Assembly: GCA_948941465.1 (NCBI GenBank) | Contig: CARATB010000002.1 | Coordinates: 10,921 to 74,920, forward strand | DNA: 64,000 bases | DNA from: an uncultured Eubacteriales bacterium | GTDB taxonomy: Bacteria; Bacillota; Clostridia; Oscillospirales; Acutalibacteraceae | Direction: 5' to 3' | Notes under the pieces: model-generated | The model's database searches: none | What the model saw: only the letters and a program-made list of their open reading frames with translations | Told to the model about the DNA's origin: nothing | Part shown: in pieces, positions 60,247 to 64,000 of the stretch | How the letters are laid out: the number at the start of each line of letters is the position of its first letter | How positions within the stretch are numbered: the stretch's first letter is position 1 | Made by a program: the position numbers and the translations under genes

Positions 60247-60354
60247 ATGACAAATAAAAGAACTTATTCAACCGTCTATACCCAGATGCCCTATCAGAAA
60301 AAATATAACTCAAAATACCAATTTGCCGAAAATGTTCACCCATATACTGTGTGA
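60247..60354 (+). CDS. 35-codon leader ORF upstream of the ABC exporter pair
   Basis: Own translation: MTNKRTYSTVYTQMPYQKKYNSKYQFAENVHPYTV. AGGAGGTG RBS sits 7 nt upstream. An intrinsic terminator follows 21 nt later. Confidence 0.4.
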   Translation: MTNKRTYSTVYTQMPYQKKYNSKYQFAENVHPYTV

Positions 60355-60375
60355 GCGTTTGACTTGTCCTATTTT

Positions 60376-60403
60376 GACCCGGCAGATTGCCGGGTCTTTT
60401 TTT
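60376..60403 (+). terminator. intrinsic terminator/attenuator between the leader ORF and the ABC exporter genes
   Basis: GACCCGGC-AGAT-TGCCGGGTC followed by T7. Confidence 0.75.
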
Positions 60404-60428
60404 ATTCTTTTACAAATGAGGTGACATA

Positions 60429-62249
60429 ATGAGAATTGTTAATCTTAAGGACCACAAAAAGGTTCCTGTTTTTAAAAATATTAAATACGCCGTAAAAATG
60501 ATATGGCAGGCAGATAAGCTATTGCTTTCAGGCTACATACTCAACAGAACTGCTGAAAATATTTTTTCATTGTTCATTCAGAACATTCTGTTTCTGAAGG
60601 TGCTTTTAACCGCAATTGACGGCGAACGTGACTTCAAGGTATACATCAAATATCTTGTACTATTTTTAATCGCATCCGTTATCACAAAGGCATTAAACTG
60701 GACAGGAAATTACCTGCACCAGTACGCAACAAAAAGAGTGCTTAAAAGACTTAACAACAAAATATTCGACAAGGCGGGGCAGCTTGACATAAGCTGTTAT
60801 GAGAACCCGGAATTCTATGACCAATACCAAAGAGCAACACTTGTTCTGCAATACGGATATTTTGACATACTTTGCTACGATATAGCTTATATTATCGGCT
60901 GTCTGCTGTCCTTTGTCTTCGTTGTGGCAACTGTTACTGTAATTGACCCTTTATATCTTCTGTTCCTGCTTCCTGTTGTATTTGTTTTCCTTATCGAAAT
61001 GTCAAAAAGCAGGTGTGTTTATGAGCGTGACTTACAGATGACGACAAATAACAGAATAAAGGCTTACATACAGCGAACCGTATTTTTAAAGGACTTTTCA
61101 AAGGATATGCGCACCTCAAATATTTTTGCGGTATTGATGAAACGCTTTGACAAGGCAATAAAATCCAATATTGAAATACTGAAAAAATACGGAATTAAGC
61201 TATTTATTTACAGTATGGTCAGCTCACTTTTCAGCGAGTTCATACCGATTATAGGAACATATGCCTTTGCAGGCTATCAGTTTATTCATACAGACAAGAT
61301 GACAATATCAGGCTTTTCCGTTGTGCTGTCATCAATTAATTCTGTCAGAAATGCAACAATGGATATTGCCGAGTGCTTTGACGAGCTGAGCCAGATGGCA
61401 CTCTATTTTCAAAATTTAAAGGACTTTTTTGAATACGAGCCTAAAATCGTATCAGGCTCGAAAAAGGCTGAAAAATTTGAGAGTCTTGAACTGAAAAATG
61501 TATCCTTTAAATATCCAAGTGCAAATGAAAACGCACTTAACAACATCAGCTTTAAAATCAATAAAGGCGACACCATTGCAGTCGTCGGCATTAACGGTGC
61601 AGGCAAATCCACACTTGTTAAATTGCTGCTGAGATTTTACGATGTTACGGATGGTGAGATATTATATAATGGTATAAATATTAAGGAATATGATATTGAC
61701 TCCCTGCGAAACAGATTCGGAACAGTTTTTCAGGATTACAAAAACTTTGCAATTTCCGTTTTTGAAAATGTTATCTGCCGCAGATGTGACGATGAAGACA
61801 AGAAAATCGCCGAAAAGGCTTTAATCCAAAGCGGTGTGTGGAATAAAATCAGTTCCTTTGCTAATGGCGGTGACACACTTTTAACACGTGAATTTGATGA
61901 AAACGGTGCCGGGCTTTCAGGCGGTGAAAATCAGAAGGTGTCAACGGCAAGATTATTTGCCAAGAACTTTGACCTTGCAATACTTGACGAGCCAAGCTCT
62001 GCCCTTGACCCCATTGCTGAATATAGAATGTATGAAAATCTGATTTCTGCAACAAAAAACAAAACGGTAATTTACATATCACACAGGCTTTCAAGTGCTG
62101 TTTTGTCCGACAAAATTTATGTTTTAAGCGGCGGACAAATAATAGAAAGCGGTAATCATACTGATCTTATGGCACAGCATGGCGAATACGCAAAAATGTT
62201 CAGCCTGCAGTCAAAAAGCTACAGAGAGGAGGGAAAATATGAAAACTAA
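60429..62249 (+). CDS. ABC exporter, fused TMD-NBD half transporter (subunit 1 of a heterodimer)
   Basis: 606 aa. Contains GINGAGKST, LSGGENQK and ILDEPSSALD motifs. Confidence 0.85.
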   Translation: MRIVNLKDHKKVPVFKNIKYAVKMIWQADKLLLSGYILNRTAENIFSLFIQNILFLKVLLTAIDGERDFKVYIKYLVLFLIASVITKALNWTGNYLHQYATKRVLKRLNNKIFDKAGQLDISCYENPEFYDQYQRATLVLQYGYFDILCYDIAYIIGCLLSFVFVVATVTVIDPLYLLFLLPVVFVFLIEMSKSRCVYERDLQMTTNNRIKAYIQRTVFLKDFSKDMRTSNIFAVLMKRFDKAIKSNIEILKKYGIKLFIYSMVSSLFSEFIPIIGTYAFAGYQFIHTDKMTISGFSVVLSSINSVRNATMDIAECFDELSQMALYFQNLKDFFEYEPKIVSGSKKAEKFESLELKNVSFKYPSANENALNNISFKINKGDTIAVVGINGAGKSTLVKLLLRFYDVTDGEILYNGINIKEYDIDSLRNRFGTVFQDYKNFAISVFENVICRRCDDEDKKIAEKALIQSGVWNKISSFANGGDTLLTREFDENGAGLSGGENQKVSTARLFAKNFDLAILDEPSSALDPIAEYRMYENLISATKNKTVIYISHRLSSAVLSDKIYVLSGGQIIESGNHTDLMAQHGEYAKMFSLQSKSYREEGKYEN

Positions 62250-64000
62250 AAAAGAAAAAGCAGAGCACTCCATGCTTTCAAATATAATGTATTTTCTAAA
62301 ACTTTTGTTCTCCGTATCACCGCTATTGGTTATCGGCGAATGCATATGGGGTATTGTTCTTGTTCTGCCCACAAGACTTATAAGCGTACTTGGTGTAAAA
62401 TATATGATTGACGTTGTAGCAAGCGGTGAAAATCTTAACCGATTATATATTGTAGTGGCAGTTGTTGCGGCAGTTCTGATAATCAGCAAGCTTGCGGCGT
62501 GGATATTCAGGGAATTTTTCTGGAATGTTGAAAAGGAAAAGGTTTATAAGGGACTGAATGAAAGACTGTACAAAAAAGCAAAATCCCTTGACCTTGAGTC
62601 ATATGATAACCCTGCTTTTTATAACAATTTCATTTTAACCATCGAGTCTTCGTCCGACAATATGCAGAACATACTCGGTCTTGTCAGAAACTACATAGGC
62701 AACGTAGTATCACTTATAACTATAGCTTCCATTCTTTTAGCAATTGACCCTGTATGTCTTTTAATTATTCTTGTATTTGTGGGCATATTTATGCCGCTTA
62801 GCAAAAAAATCGGTGCACTGCAGATGGGCAGAAGAATTGATAACACCAAGTTTCACAGACGCAGTGACTACTTTCAGCGCATATTTTATTTGCAGGACTA
62901 CGCAAAAGAGGTCAGAATGAATAACATCAGACCCATTCTGATTGACAATTATAATGACGCTGCTGACAAGGTTATTGAAAATCAGAAAAAATATTGGTCA
63001 AAAATATCAATACTCTATTTCATTCAGGATTTCGGTGTGCAGATTTTAGGCTTTATGTTTGTTCTTCCCCTTTACCTCGGCTACTGCGTACTGATTGAAC
63101 ATTCAATTTCAGCAGGTGACTTTGTTGCATCCTTCAACGGTGCATATGCCATTGCATCCTCAATCAATTTCTTAACTGTATGGGCACTTGCAAGATTTGA
63201 AGAGCAGGGTAAAATGATTGAAAAATATCGTGAATTTTTAAAAACAGAAAGCAAAATCAACGACGGAAAATTCACGGCAAAAATCACTGAGCCTAAAAAT
63301 ATTGAAATCAAAAACCTGTCCTTTACCTATCCGGGTAATACCAAGCCGACTCTTAAAAATATTAATCTGACAATAAAGCCCTATGAAAAAATTGCTCTTG
63401 TGGGCTTTAACGGTGCAGGAAAAACCACACTCACAAATTTGCTTTTAAGACTTTATGATGTCAGCGAGGGTGAAATTCTGATTGACGGCGAAAACATAAA
63501 AAACGCCACAGTAAAGTCACATCGTGACAGATTTACCGCAGTATTTCAGGATTTTCAGATTTTTTCCTGCTCAGTTGGTGAAAATGTGGCACTTGATGTT
63601 GACCCCGACGGTGACAGGGTCAATGAGGCGCTTTCACACAGCGGCTTTAGCAAAAAGCTGAAAAACGGTACTGACACAGAATTATTAAGAGAATTTGATG
63701 ACAAGGGTGTAATGCTTTCAGGCGGTGAAAGTCAAAAGATTGCAATTGCCCGTGCTTTCTATAACCAATGTCCATATATAATCCTTGATGAGCCTTCTGC
63801 AAACCTCGACCCCGTGGCTGAGTACAAGCTGAACCAGTCGATGCTTGAAGCTGCTGAGGATAAGACAGTAATATTTATTTCTCATCGACTGTCAACGACA
63901 ATCAATGCAGACAGAATTTTTGTTATGGAAAATGGTGAAATCATTGAAAGCGGCTCACACGCTGAGCTAATGGCAATGAACAAAACCTATGCAAAGATGT
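62239..64000 (+). CDS. ABC exporter, fused TMD-NBD half transporter (subunit 2; 3' end beyond the window)
   Basis: Own translation from the ATG at 62239 (overlaps the upstream stop): MKTKKEKAEHSMLSN... Contains GFNGAGKTT, LSGGESQK and ILDEPSANLD. No stop codon occurs before the window end. Confidence 0.85.
   Translation, partial: MKTKKEKAEHSMLSNIMYFLKLLFSVSPLLVIGECIWGIVLVLPTRLISVLGVKYMIDVVASGENLNRLYIVVAVVAAVLIISKLAAWIFREFFWNVEKEKVYKGLNERLYKKAKSLDLESYDNPAFYNNFILTIESSSDNMQNILGLVRNYIGNVVSLITIASILLAIDPVCLLIILVFVGIFMPLSKKIGALQMGRRIDNTKFHRRSDYFQRIFYLQDYAKEVRMNNIRPILIDNYNDAADKVIENQKKYWSKISILYFIQDFGVQILGFMFVLPLYLGYCVLIEHSISAGDFVASFNGAYAIASSINFLTVWALARFEEQGKMIEKYREFLKTESKINDGKFTAKITEPKNIEIKNLSFTYPGNTKPTLKNINLTIKPYEKIALVGFNGAGKTTLTNLLLRLYDVSEGEILIDGENIKNATVKSHRDRFTAVFQDFQIFSCSVGENVALDVDPDGDRVNEALSHSGFSKKLKNGTDTELLREFDDKGVMLSGGESQKIAIARAFYNQCPYIILDEPSANLDPVAEYKLNQSMLEAAEDKTVIFISHRLSTTINADRIFVMENGEIIESGSHAELMAMNKTYAKM

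Noticed and set aside
62211-62489. 92-aa minus-strand ORF across the junction of the two ABC exporter genes
   Set aside because: It is antisense to two overlapping genes with clear ABC motifs and has no RBS.

Overview
This 64-kb window comes from a low-GC Gram-positive anaerobe. The gene content looks Clostridia-like: CIRCE-hrcA-grpE-dnaK-dnaJ, T-box-leuA-leuB, PerR-box-perR-reverse rubrerythrin, nrdDG, typA-gpsA-hemW, and glnS plus gltX. I make no species call. Most of the window is housekeeping and carbohydrate genes (a domain-permuted GH3, GH36-like, GH20, DUF4091) plus three ABC transporter modules. No tRNA, rRNA, CRISPR array or recognisable defence system was seen.

Four regions stand out:
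1. Positions 37070-37692 hold an exact 287-bp tandem repeat (2 full units plus a 49-bp partial). It starts inside the last codons of the rubrerythrin gene. Each unit carries the gene 3' end, a terminator and a 238-bp hairpin-rich non-coding core that includes short sense and antisense copies of rbr coding sequence. I cannot assign it to any element class I know, and it is my top candidate for something undescribed.
2. Positions 16090-26181 hold a PBSX/Mu-like prophage remnant with intact, translationally coupled head and baseplate genes. The small terminase is truncated. There is no sheath, tube, tape measure, lysis, integrase or regulatory module.
3. Positions 42734-48474 hold an AT-rich RHS/YD polymorphic-toxin island wedged between dnaJ and nrdG. 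It contains a 1382-aa toxin with an Amidase_6-like C-terminal domain, candidate immunity genes, and a frameshifted orphan toxin tip sharing a 108-bp recombination-homology block.
4. Positions 60247-60403 hold a 35-codon leader ORF plus an intrinsic terminator upstream of a heterodimeric ABC exporter, an arrangement resembling bmrB-bmrCD.

All family assignments come from reading motifs in the translations. No database search was run.
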